64,000 nt of DNA from sequence record NC_061441.1. The stretch is one strand, 5' to 3'. Below the pieces are notes generated by a model that saw nothing but the letters and a program-made list of their open reading frames with translations, was not told the DNA's origin and ran no database searches. A program made the translations under genes and the position numbers. This document shows positions 55,522 to 64,000 of the stretch, piece by piece. Positions within the stretch are counted from its first letter, which is position 1; each line of letters opens with the position of its first letter.

Positions 55522-57555
55522 ATGAAAATGGCCAAAGCGCCGAAGGCTGCCAAAGTTAAAAAGAATACCGGTGACGGTTCCCAAGAAGGGTTCGTCATTG
55601 CGGAAGGACTTGACGGGATTCGTTTGAATCCGGGAATGTACATGGGTGAACGTGGCTCCGACATGGCGTACCGCGGAGTTAAGGAGCCTGTTGATAACGT
55701 CTATGACGAATTGATGGCGGGCCGCACCAAAGTTCTGGAAGTTGTGATTGACTACGACAACGACCTGAACATCGTAGCCGATATGGCGAAAGGCATTCCG
55801 ACCGACTTCAAGAAACTGAAAGACGGTTCGAAAGAAACTATCATGACCGCAGCGTTTAGCCGTGCTCATGCTGGTGGTAAGTTCAACGACCAAGCATATA
55901 AGACCTCTGCCGGTACTCACGGCGTAGGCGTTGCCGCACTGAATGCAATCTCCAGTCAGTTGCGTGTGTGGTCAATGTACAAAGGTGGCTGCGCATACCA
56001 GATGTGGGAATGCGGTGTTGCCAAGTCTGGTAAAGACCCTAAGCAGGTCAAAGCCGTAGACAAAGATGTTATGAGTCTGCTGCGTGAAAAGAAACACAGC
56101 AAGTACGGTACGATTGTCGCATGGACCCTCGACCAGACCGTTGTGTCTGCTGACGTACAGCGCGGTAAGAAGTTGCCGAAGAACTATCGTCACGCTTCGC
56201 CAGACCCAGCACGTATCGGTGAGTGGCTTCGCAACATGTCGCTGCTTAACCCAGGCTTCGAGATTCGCCTGACGCTTATCAAGAAAGGCAAGCGTAAAGA
56301 GTTCACTTTCCACAACAAGAAAGACCTTGCGTTTATCGTGAAGACGATGGTAGACGAACGCGAGTTGGAGATCGTCGGTAAGCCGTTCACGTTCCAACAT
56401 GAGAACATCACGGCAGCGCTTGCGTGGACTAACCATGCAGACACTGACAACTTCCTGTCTTTCGTTAACACCAGCCCTACAGTTGACGGCGGGTGGCACG
56501 TTGTTGGTTTCCGTGACGCGCTGTTTGAAGCTATCAAGCCTTTCATGAAAGAGCCGAAAGGTAAAGGCAAGAAGAAGCAGGGATTCAAACAAGAAGACTT
56601 GCTCATCGGCCTGACTGGTATGTTCGACTGGCGTATGCACGGTGCTCAATACACCTCACAGGTTAAAGATAAGCTGGCGAGTCGTGTTGAGAAAGAAGTG
56701 TACGAGCTGATGAAAGACCAGCTTGTGAAATACTTCAAGGACAATAAGAAAGTCGCAACGACGATCATCAAACGCGCCGAAGCAATGAACAAAGGCCGCG
56801 AAGAATTGTCCGCAGTCGTGAAGTCTATGGCAGACACGAAGAAGAAGCTGAAAGGCAACTCGCTTCCTGCTGACCTGATCTCTGCGCTCAAGTGTAAGCC
56901 GCATGAGCGCGAGCTTATCGTGGTGGAAGGTGATTCTGCTGGTGGTACTGCTAAACATGCGCGTAACCCTGACCATCAGGAAGTTATGCTCGCTGGTGGT
57001 AAGCCGCTGAATGGGCTGAAAGCAAGTCTGGCTGACGTGCTCAAGCACAAAGAAGTGCAGGGCATGTTGGTGTCTGTAGGCGCTGACCTGAAATCGCTTG
57101 ACCCGAAAGCTGAAAACCCAGTGTTGAGCACGAAAAACCTGCGTATCGGTAACTTGCTTTTCCTGATGGATGCTGACCCTGACGGCTTCCACATCGCAAC
57201 GTTGTTCTTGGGCGTTATCTATCGTCTGCTGCCTGATCTGATGAAAGAAGGTCGTGTGTGGATTGTCGATGCACCTCTGTATAACGTGATGCACAAAGGC
57301 ATTCACTATGGCGGTATGACGTTCGAAGAATGCCGCTCTAAAGCACCGTCTGCTGTAAAAGACAAAGAGATTGTACGCGCTAAAGGTTGGGGTGAAGTTG
57401 AACCTGACGTACTTGAAGCTATCGCGTTCAATCCGAAGACTCGCCGTTTGATTCGCGTTAACCCGTTCGTTAGCGTAGAGCAAGAGCGTTTCTTCCGTGG
57501 TGTTGTGGCAGAAGATGCCGTGCATCGTCGTCGTCTGCTGGGTCTGGAGGATTAA
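55522..57555 (+). CDS. gyrB: Type IIA topoisomerase subunit B (GyrB/ParE-like)
   Basis: IRLNPGMYMG, KEPVDNVYDE, HAGGKF, GTHGVGVAALNA (GHKL ATPase); EGDSAGG, DADPDGFHI, KGWGE (TOPRIM). Confidence 0.96.
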   Translation: MKMAKAPKAAKVKKNTGDGSQEGFVIAEGLDGIRLNPGMYMGERGSDMAYRGVKEPVDNVYDELMAGRTKVLEVVIDYDNDLNIVADMAKGIPTDFKKLKDGSKETIMTAAFSRAHAGGKFNDQAYKTSAGTHGVGVAALNAISSQLRVWSMYKGGCAYQMWECGVAKSGKDPKQVKAVDKDVMSLLREKKHSKYGTIVAWTLDQTVVSADVQRGKKLPKNYRHASPDPARIGEWLRNMSLLNPGFEIRLTLIKKGKRKEFTFHNKKDLAFIVKTMVDERELEIVGKPFTFQHENITAALAWTNHADTDNFLSFVNTSPTVDGGWHVVGFRDALFEAIKPFMKEPKGKGKKKQGFKQEDLLIGLTGMFDWRMHGAQYTSQVKDKLASRVEKEVYELMKDQLVKYFKDNKKVATTIIKRAEAMNKGREELSAVVKSMADTKKKLKGNSLPADLISALKCKPHERELIVVEGDSAGGTAKHARNPDHQEVMLAGGKPLNGLKASLADVLKHKEVQGMLVSVGADLKSLDPKAENPVLSTKNLRIGNLLFLMDADPDGFHIATLFLGVIYRLLPDLMKEGRVWIVDAPLYNVMHKGIHYGGMTFEECRSKAPSAVKDKEIVRAKGWGEVEPDVLEAIAFNPKTRRLIRVNPFVSVEQERFFRGVVAEDAVHRRRLLGLED

Positions 57556-57557
57556 TC

Positions 57558-57812
57558 ATGTTCAACGTTTCAAACTTACCTGACGGCACAATGGTACGTT
57601 TTCTTGATATGCCTGCTGTGCAATACCCACCACTGACTGAGGAACAAAACAGTCAGTGTGAGTCATTGTACGGGCAAGCGCGTGAACTGGCGAAGAACGT
57701 TAATGTGTCTGGGTTCACTGTCGTTGACGGCAAACTGAATGAGCGTGTGCAGGTTCAAATGAGCCGCACCCCTCTCGATAAGATCAATGCGATTGCCAAG
57801 GGAGAACAGTAA
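57558..57812 (+). CDS. Hypothetical protein between topoisomerase subunits
   Basis: GGAGG SD; TAATG-coupled to subunit A. Confidence 0.75.
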   Translation: MFNVSNLPDGTMVRFLDMPAVQYPPLTEEQNSQCESLYGQARELAKNVNVSGFTVVDGKLNERVQVQMSRTPLDKINAIAKGEQ

Positions 57813-59464
57813 TGGCAATTACGCCGAAGAAAGTAAAAAAGGTTAAAGCGACTGCGGTAGCAAAAGCCGCTAAGCCTGCAAAGCTCAAGTCGAAAGCGGT
57901 ATCTGCCGACGACATTAAGAAGAAGAAAAAGAAAAGCACCGAAACATCCGCAACAACGGCGGTCGGCATTTCTCTCTATCCGATGCTGGGACAAGATGAG
58001 TCGCTGATTCGTGACGAGAACCTCGCGGACTATACGCGCCGCGCTCTCTTCCAGTATGGCTCATACGTTGTTGAAGACCGCGCTATCGCTGACTACCGTG
58101 ACGGTCTCAAGCCTGTGCACCGTGCGCTGCTTTGGTCTCTATGTGACTTGGGCCTACGTCCCGGCGGAGCGTTCAAGAAGTCTGCGCGTACTGTTGGTGA
58201 TGCGTTAGGTAAGTATCACCCGCACGGCGATGCTGCTTGTTACGGTGCGATGGTAACGATTGCGAATACAGTGCCACCAGCCGTAGCTGGCCAAGGTAAC
58301 TGGGGAGACCCTGTAGCACCTGCTGCTGCGATGCGTTATACCGAAGCGAAGATGAGTAAGTTTGCGGGTAGCTTCCTGCTGGACCCAGACTATCTCGAAG
58401 TGACGCCGATGGTAGACAACTTCTCGAACGACATGAAGATACCTCTGTATCTGCCCGCGCTGCTGCCGTACATGTTGTTCAATGGTAGTGTGCCTGCTCC
58501 AGCGTATGGCGTTAAGTGCGGTAACCCATCGTTCAGCTTTACGTCAGTCAGTAAGGTCGTGTGTGACATGCTGGCAGGTAAAGAGTACGATGCGAAGAAG
58601 CTGGCGAAGACGCTTGAGATTAACCACGAGTACGGTTGTCTTGATGCAAGCTCCGATGCTGACTATCTCGCATTGATCGAAACAGGTCGCGGCAAAGTCA
58701 CATACGAACCTCAGATGAAGGTCGATGAGAAGACGAAGACCATCACTGTGCAAACGTATGTGCCTGGCGGTATGTCCAACAACGCAGCCATCACGAAGAA
58801 GCTGGAGAAGATTGCAGAGTGGTCTGGTGTTGTCTCTGCGTCGAACGCCAGCTCGAAGAAGAACAAAGACGCGGGCCCGTGGGGTGCAGCGTTTGCGATT
58901 CGTTGTCGTGGTAGCGAAGACCTGCTGTATGAAATTGCAGAGAAGGTGAAGAAAGAAATCACCAGCGCCATTAACTATTCTCTCGGTGTGACAGTGCGCC
59001 GCGCTGATGCCTCAAACAAGTTCATGTACCTGAGCTACGTGAAGTATTTCAAAGCGTGGATTGCGTATCGCATTAAGCTGGAAACTGCGATGCTCACCAA
59101 CAAGAAGGCGAAAGCAGAGAAAGCCCTTCATCTGCAAGAAGTCTACTTGTGGGCAGTTGACAACATGAAGCAACTGCTGGCCGCACTGCCGAAAGCCCTG
59201 ACCGCAGAAGACCCAGACAAGATGCTGGCGAAGCTGTGTAAGATTCCTGTTGAAGATGCGAAAATCATCCTCGACCGTCAAGTGCGTAAACTGGCGAAAC
59301 TTGAACGTGCTGGGCTGGTGGCCAAGATTAAGGAAATCAAGGCCGAGATTGCAGAGTATAAAGCGGGACTGAAAGAGCCTGGTAAATACGCTGCTGCTGG
59401 AACGGCTGCTAAAGTTAAGGCATACCTGAAATCGCCTGACGATAAGCTGCCTGTAGGTCTGTAA
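57812..59464 (+). CDS. gyrA: Type IIA topoisomerase subunit A (GyrA/ParC-like, no beta-pinwheel CTD)
   Basis: DGLKPVHR, KKSARTVGDALGKYHPHGD, GQGNWG, AAMRYTEAK (catalytic Tyr); 550 aa. Confidence 0.96.
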   Translation: MAITPKKVKKVKATAVAKAAKPAKLKSKAVSADDIKKKKKKSTETSATTAVGISLYPMLGQDESLIRDENLADYTRRALFQYGSYVVEDRAIADYRDGLKPVHRALLWSLCDLGLRPGGAFKKSARTVGDALGKYHPHGDAACYGAMVTIANTVPPAVAGQGNWGDPVAPAAAMRYTEAKMSKFAGSFLLDPDYLEVTPMVDNFSNDMKIPLYLPALLPYMLFNGSVPAPAYGVKCGNPSFSFTSVSKVVCDMLAGKEYDAKKLAKTLEINHEYGCLDASSDADYLALIETGRGKVTYEPQMKVDEKTKTITVQTYVPGGMSNNAAITKKLEKIAEWSGVVSASNASSKKNKDAGPWGAAFAIRCRGSEDLLYEIAEKVKKEITSAINYSLGVTVRRADASNKFMYLSYVKYFKAWIAYRIKLETAMLTNKKAKAEKALHLQEVYLWAVDNMKQLLAALPKALTAEDPDKMLAKLCKIPVEDAKIILDRQVRKLAKLERAGLVAKIKEIKAEIAEYKAGLKEPGKYAAAGTAAKVKAYLKSPDDKLPVGL

Positions 59465-59744
59465 GAAATCTGTAAATACAACTAAGCATATTCTAGGACG
59501 AAACGCGGTTGTATCTGTATGTCAATTCTGTTACAATTGACTTGTTGGGGATAGCTGATTGTTGGGAGATAATCAGCTATCCAAATCTATAACAGGAGGG
59601 CAAGGTAGCGCAGCAAATATTCACTCAGGAAAAATAAACCGAGCCTAAAAGGCCGACCGCTACGGCATACTCAGAGTGAGCACCGTACGCAATACTATTA
59701 ATCGACCCACGTAATGCTAATATGATATCGTATCGGCATTCGAA

Positions 59745-61073
59745 GTGTCGCTAGGGCCGGCAGGATATGGTCCTCAACTCTTAATGAAGTTTGGAAATCC
59801 ACAGATGAAAAATCAGGTAAACAACCTTAAAGCTGGTTTAGAGAAGGTTAATGCAGCGTTGACCTCACTCCGTTCAGGCAAGAATTTGAAACGCCAGCAT
59901 GTTGTTGATTCATTGGGAACGCCTACGGATATTTTGGCTGACCTTACAAAGGCATTAAAGAGTAATACCTACAAGTCATACCCCGATGTATTGCAGTTGC
60001 GTGATTCTGTACGCGCAACATGCACCACCTGCCTAAGCCTGTCAGAACAAGTGGCCGCTCGTCGCATCAAGCCACGCGAACTGATGGAAAAGCTCGGACA
60101 GATTGTGAAGTCGTTTGATGCCGACGCCAAGTTGGCCAAGTCGTGCTTAGGTTACCTGCCTGAGTCACGCAAAACTCTCAGTCTCGATGATCTCCCAGAA
60201 GACAGCAAAGAGCGTTTGAAAGCGCTGCAAGCTATCGACAAAGAGGTGTACGAGAACGAAGCGAACGACAAGGCTATGCGCCGTGAGCAACGTGAAGACG
60301 CAGCGACTGCTAAAACCAGCCGCGTGTTGCAGCGCCTCAAGGACTCATACGCCCACAAAGTCCCGAGAACGTTCAACAAAGCCATTCAAATAATCCAACT
60401 TCCTGTGATGGCTCGATTCGGAACACTCGCCATGAGTCCTGAATCGTTATCGCGCATGGGCTTCAAAATCGAAACCGCTGGTCTGCACTCAACCCCTAGT
60501 TCAGACTTAGGTATCATTTTCGAAAACCAACTTCTCATGTTCTTCCGCATGTCCGACGCGAAAGAGATGGCCGAAGAAGCTGCGCGTGATCACAAGATGC
60601 TTGATGGAACCCTCGTCGAACGCAAACGCCTCCAGAAAGAACGTAACGCAGAACGCCGCGATCTCAAGAAGCTGAATAAGCTCCTCGAAGAATCGAAGTC
60701 GCTCAAAGCTCGTCGTGCTATCCGCGAACAAATCGCAGACACGCAGACAGAGATTGACGACATTACGGCGAAGCTCGATGCGATGGACAGCAAAGTGCGT
60801 GAGTCAGGTTCCCGCGAGCGTGTGTATCGTCAGATGAAAACATCTAACGACCATGCGATGCTGGATTATCTTAACCCCATTGTCGATATGATTAACGAGA
60901 AGGGTAGCTCCACGTTAGGTCTGTTTACTACCATGCCGTTGCGCGGCGTGATGAAGGACGCAGACGTGTATTGTGCTTGGCTTATGGAAAAATCAGCGAT
61001 CAACTTGTTGCTCCGCCATACTGGCGGTGACGTGAAGTTGCAGAACTGGTTCTTGCCGTGGACTAATGGCTAA
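59745..61073 (+). CDS. Coiled-coil hypothetical protein
   Basis: 442-aa ORF; start uncertain (GTG 59745 or a downstream ATG). Confidence 0.8.
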   Translation: MSLGPAGYGPQLLMKFGNPQMKNQVNNLKAGLEKVNAALTSLRSGKNLKRQHVVDSLGTPTDILADLTKALKSNTYKSYPDVLQLRDSVRATCTTCLSLSEQVAARRIKPRELMEKLGQIVKSFDADAKLAKSCLGYLPESRKTLSLDDLPEDSKERLKALQAIDKEVYENEANDKAMRREQREDAATAKTSRVLQRLKDSYAHKVPRTFNKAIQIIQLPVMARFGTLAMSPESLSRMGFKIETAGLHSTPSSDLGIIFENQLLMFFRMSDAKEMAEEAARDHKMLDGTLVERKRLQKERNAERRDLKKLNKLLEESKSLKARRAIREQIADTQTEIDDITAKLDAMDSKVRESGSRERVYRQMKTSNDHAMLDYLNPIVDMINEKGSSTLGLFTTMPLRGVMKDADVYCAWLMEKSAINLLLRHTGGDVKLQNWFLPWTNG

Positions 61074-61605
61074 CGAAAACCGACTGCCGGCGGTAGTGAA
61101 AGGTGAGTTGACTCAGTGTGTGATATGCGGTAGATTTACGCGCAACATTCACTGGCACCACACGACACCTCGCTCATTGGGTGGCGAGCATATGCTCCAA
61201 ATCCCTATAGACGGTGACTGCCACACAACGCTTCACGCAAAAGCAGAAGCTGTGGTAGCGAAGTTAGCAGGCAACCGTAAGCAACCTGTTGGGACTTTCT
61301 GGGATGACCCAGAAGTAGAGCAACGGGCACAAACGTGGTTGAGTATTCTGGTCGATGCGATGCTTAATCCTCCTGTGCAGCCTGGACAGAAAGAAGTCCT
61401 GTTGCCGATGATTAAAGTCGATATGACAACCAGACATGCTCTCGAACTCTTGAAGCGCGACACGCCTGGCATTACTAATATGAGCCAAGTGTTGCGATAT
61501 TGTATTGAGACAACATTAAAATCGAAGGGGTTAAAAAATGGCGAATCAAAAAGTACGCACTCTGGACATCAAAGCAATCGTAAAAAGCGAACTGACCTGT
61601 GGTGA
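61066..61605 (+). CDS. HNH-like domain fused to a C-terminal RHH-like domain
   Basis: CVICG...HWHHTTPRSLGG...IDGDCHTTLH; then IKVDMTTRHALELLKRDTPGITNMSQVLRYCIE. Confidence 0.65.
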   Translation: MANENRLPAVVKGELTQCVICGRFTRNIHWHHTTPRSLGGEHMLQIPIDGDCHTTLHAKAEAVVAKLAGNRKQPVGTFWDDPEVEQRAQTWLSILVDAMLNPPVQPGQKEVLLPMIKVDMTTRHALELLKRDTPGITNMSQVLRYCIETTLKSKGLKNGESKSTHSGHQSNRKKRTDLW

Positions 61606-62404
61606 CTGCCGCGGACTGACTCGTGATGCACTTTTACCGACTGCCGAGAAACCATGTGCTACGCAAGGTCAGTTGGCTGATTCTAAGATCTGCAAACACT
61701 ATCGCTCTGACAGCCAATCGCTGACAGACCTGATGACCGAGCACGGTGATTCACTTGTTGGGCTTTTTAACACGTTCAAAAACTTCTCTGACAAAGACCT
61801 GCGCGTTGTCGCTGGTATGCTGCTGGCAGAGTCGAAGACACGCCGTCATGGTGTGCGTATGGGGCAAGCTGTATTCGTTCGTTATCAAGGCCGTGAGACA
61901 CGCAACTACCTGAACAACTTCATGGCAGCGCGTGTGCTTGACGTAGACGACAACACGATCCGCCTTATTTCCGAGAAAGGTGATATCGTTCTGACGTATG
62001 CGAACACTGGCTTCAATGGTCCGTCCGTGTATACCAAGAAGCAATTTGCTAAACTGCGTACCGAGATGATCAAGGCAGGCCGCCTTGTTGATCCAGAGCG
62101 CGAGATCAAAACTGCCAAACGCCTTCTCCCACAAGAAGACAATGTTAACTTCTCCGCACCAAGCGAACTCGATGGCTTCTCTGTTCCTCTAATGGAAGAC
62201 GTTGCCAAAGGTCGTGGCGGCAAGCGCAAGGGCAAGAAGACCCAGACGCTGGTTGATATTGTTAGCATGATCGAGAACGGTCATGACATGGGCGCAGAGC
62301 AAGACGAGTCAGGTGTGATGAGTCTTGGTGGTAACAGCTATCGCCACAAGAAGAAAAAACTTAACGTCGGTAAGAACGGCGTGGTTGAAATGGGCGATAT
62401 GTAA
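61538..62404 (+). CDS. Hypothetical protein with N-terminal Cys cluster
   Basis: CGDC...C...CKHY; AAGGGG SD. Confidence 0.85.
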   Translation: MANQKVRTLDIKAIVKSELTCGDCRGLTRDALLPTAEKPCATQGQLADSKICKHYRSDSQSLTDLMTEHGDSLVGLFNTFKNFSDKDLRVVAGMLLAESKTRRHGVRMGQAVFVRYQGRETRNYLNNFMAARVLDVDDNTIRLISEKGDIVLTYANTGFNGPSVYTKKQFAKLRTEMIKAGRLVDPEREIKTAKRLLPQEDNVNFSAPSELDGFSVPLMEDVAKGRGGKRKGKKTQTLVDIVSMIENGHDMGAEQDESGVMSLGGNSYRHKKKKLNVGKNGVVEMGDM

Positions 62405-62460
62405 GTTAAGGTCTACACAGCAAATTCACTTCTAACTATACGAACAGGATCTCGGAAAAA

Positions 62461-63603
62461 ATGATCACAACAGAAGAATCAGGCCTTAATGAATATCTCT
62501 CTAACCGTCTGGGCATTGAGGAAGGCTCAGAGGCGTTTCGTCGAGTATACGCTGCAACAATTCGTTATGTGGGCAGCGGGTATAAATCTATCGCGGGTTA
62601 TCACCGTGACTTGCAAGCAGCCGTTGACTTTAAGCAGTTCGAATTTACTGCTCCTGACTTGCGCATTGATATTTCTTCCGTGTGTCGTTTCACGTTGAAG
62701 ATGCGGTTCTTCGTTCTGGCCGTATGTCTGCATAAAGACCCTGTAGCAACCATTCAAAAATATGCGCTGTATGGCCTGTCGAAGCGTGAAGCTGTTCTCG
62801 CCTGGAATTTGATTCTCAAGGACGATGCGCAGCGTAAGCAGATACGCCGTATAGCTAAACAAAAATCCAAGTCAAGGGGAGGCCTTGATATTACGATGGT
62901 AAGCAGTCGTGAACTTCGTTTGCGTCTGGAGCAGACCTCAAGTCTGTTCGCCATCATCCACAGAAGTGCAAAAGGCCTTGTGCGCAAGAAGCTGAACTGG
63001 GTCTGCAAGAGTGAGAACATACCTCAGGCAGATATGACCTGCGACATTATGTGTAAGGTGTTGTTGTCGTACTATCAATCCTTACCGAATCGTTTCAGTG
63101 AGGGCCACCAGCTCAACTATCTTCGCGCTTCTCTGACGAATCGTATTAACAACATGAACAACTACTACAGTGCAGATTGCCGTAAGCGTATGCACAAGGT
63201 GGGTGAAGACAAGTATGAGATCTTGGTTATGTCTGACAATCAGATGTGGCACAACCCAGATGATGATAGTTCAAACTCATATGAAGACATGTTGGGTGAA
63301 GATGCTCGCATTCACACGGAGCAGATGGAAAACAATCTGACCATCAATCGACTTCTGGAGGAGGCCGAAGGTACCAAACGCCACAAACTGTATCAAACGG
63401 TTCTCGGTCGTGATTGTGCCGAGTTCACTGACTATCTGCGCGAGAACGGAATGCTTAAACAGACCATGACGTGTGCCACACAGTGGCTCATGGCTAAGCC
63501 TACGAAATTCATTCGCAAGACTCTGGCCAACTGGCTTGAGGTTAGCATTGATGCCGTAACAGGTGGTCTGGAAACATTACGCGGTTCATTACAGGTAGCA
63601 TGA
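62461..63603 (+). CDS. Possible phage sigma factor
   Basis: IIHRSAKGLVRKKLNW...QADMTCDIMCKVLLSYY...LNYLRASLTNRINNM resembles sigma70 region 2 in spacing and helix pattern; weak. Confidence 0.4.
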   Translation: MITTEESGLNEYLSNRLGIEEGSEAFRRVYAATIRYVGSGYKSIAGYHRDLQAAVDFKQFEFTAPDLRIDISSVCRFTLKMRFFVLAVCLHKDPVATIQKYALYGLSKREAVLAWNLILKDDAQRKQIRRIAKQKSKSRGGLDITMVSSRELRLRLEQTSSLFAIIHRSAKGLVRKKLNWVCKSENIPQADMTCDIMCKVLLSYYQSLPNRFSEGHQLNYLRASLTNRINNMNNYYSADCRKRMHKVGEDKYEILVMSDNQMWHNPDDDSSNSYEDMLGEDARIHTEQMENNLTINRLLEEAEGTKRHKLYQTVLGRDCAEFTDYLRENGMLKQTMTCATQWLMAKPTKFIRKTLANWLEVSIDAVTGGLETLRGSLQVA

Positions 63604-63992
63604 GAGGTCACCATATAGTTATGCAGCAAGCAATCATTAACACTGACGTAGAGCGCTCTGCACTTGCGCTGTTCAGCCGTCCTCAGTTGGATGAGGACTA
63701 TAAGCGTACCGTACTGTATCTCGTGTATAAGACTGTAAATCGTAATGGCATGATGCAGGTGAATCGTCTGCTGTTCGAATTGAGCCAGAAGTACGAACTC
63801 AACAAAGAAGATGTGAAGTCTGCTATCGGTGCTCTCAAAGCTCCGTACGCATTCAACGCGCTCTCTGTGTTTGTACCTCGTGCAGATACCAAAGCAAACC
63901 GTGTGTGCCGTGTGAACTCGAATACTGCAATTGAAAACTGGATTGCAGAGGTAGAGCAAACGCGTCCTCATATCACTCGCTTGTTGCAGTAG
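63600..63992 (+). CDS. Hypothetical protein
   Basis: ATGA overlap with the previous gene. Confidence 0.75.
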   Translation: MRGHHIVMQQAIINTDVERSALALFSRPQLDEDYKRTVLYLVYKTVNRNGMMQVNRLLFELSQKYELNKEDVKSAIGALKAPYAFNALSVFVPRADTKANRVCRVNSNTAIENWIAEVEQTRPHITRLLQ

Positions 63993-64000
63993 GGGCATAA

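Noticed and set aside
57812-59464. True DNA gyrase with supercoiling activity
   Set aside because: No GyrA box or beta-pinwheel CTD; the symbol is used only at family level.
1-64000. Nucleus-forming phage hallmarks (chimallin, PhuZ, multisubunit phage RNAP), integrase, IS elements
   Set aside because: None recognisable in this window; absence elsewhere in the genome cannot be judged.

Overview
Window from a large (jumbo-type) lytic dsDNA phage genome, about 50% GC by eye, with enterobacterial-like codon usage. Every credible gene (about 90) lies on the + strand. No tRNA, rRNA, CRISPR array, IS element or integrase was seen. Recognisable genes: RecA/UvsX recombinase interrupted by a 344-aa intein (5'-truncated by the window), an AcrVA2/FinQ-like protein, a NADAR-like protein, Tpt1/KptA, a radical SAM enzyme, a TraR/DksA zinc finger, UvsE, dUTPase, an SLT lytic transglycosylase, an HD phosphohydrolase, GyrB- and GyrA-like type II topoisomerase subunits, an HNH-RHH fusion and a possible sigma factor. 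About 7.5-41 kb is an array of small accessory genes punctuated by at least 11 copies of a composite promoter cassette: a conserved upstream box, an extended -10 and usually a stem-loop near the transcript 5' end. The most unusual region is about 41-59.5 kb. It encodes a cluster of proteins built from long poly-Asp/Glu tracts and a shared ~35-aa helix-extension-helix (Rho_N/SAP/LEM-like) motif, a histone-H1-like Lys/Ala/Pro repeat protein, and topoisomerase subunits carrying H1-like basic tails. My hypothesis is a charge-driven phage chromatin or compartment system. The gene content recalls the Erwinia/Dickeya Y3/Alexandra/AD1-type jumbo myophages; this is recollection and was not verified by search.
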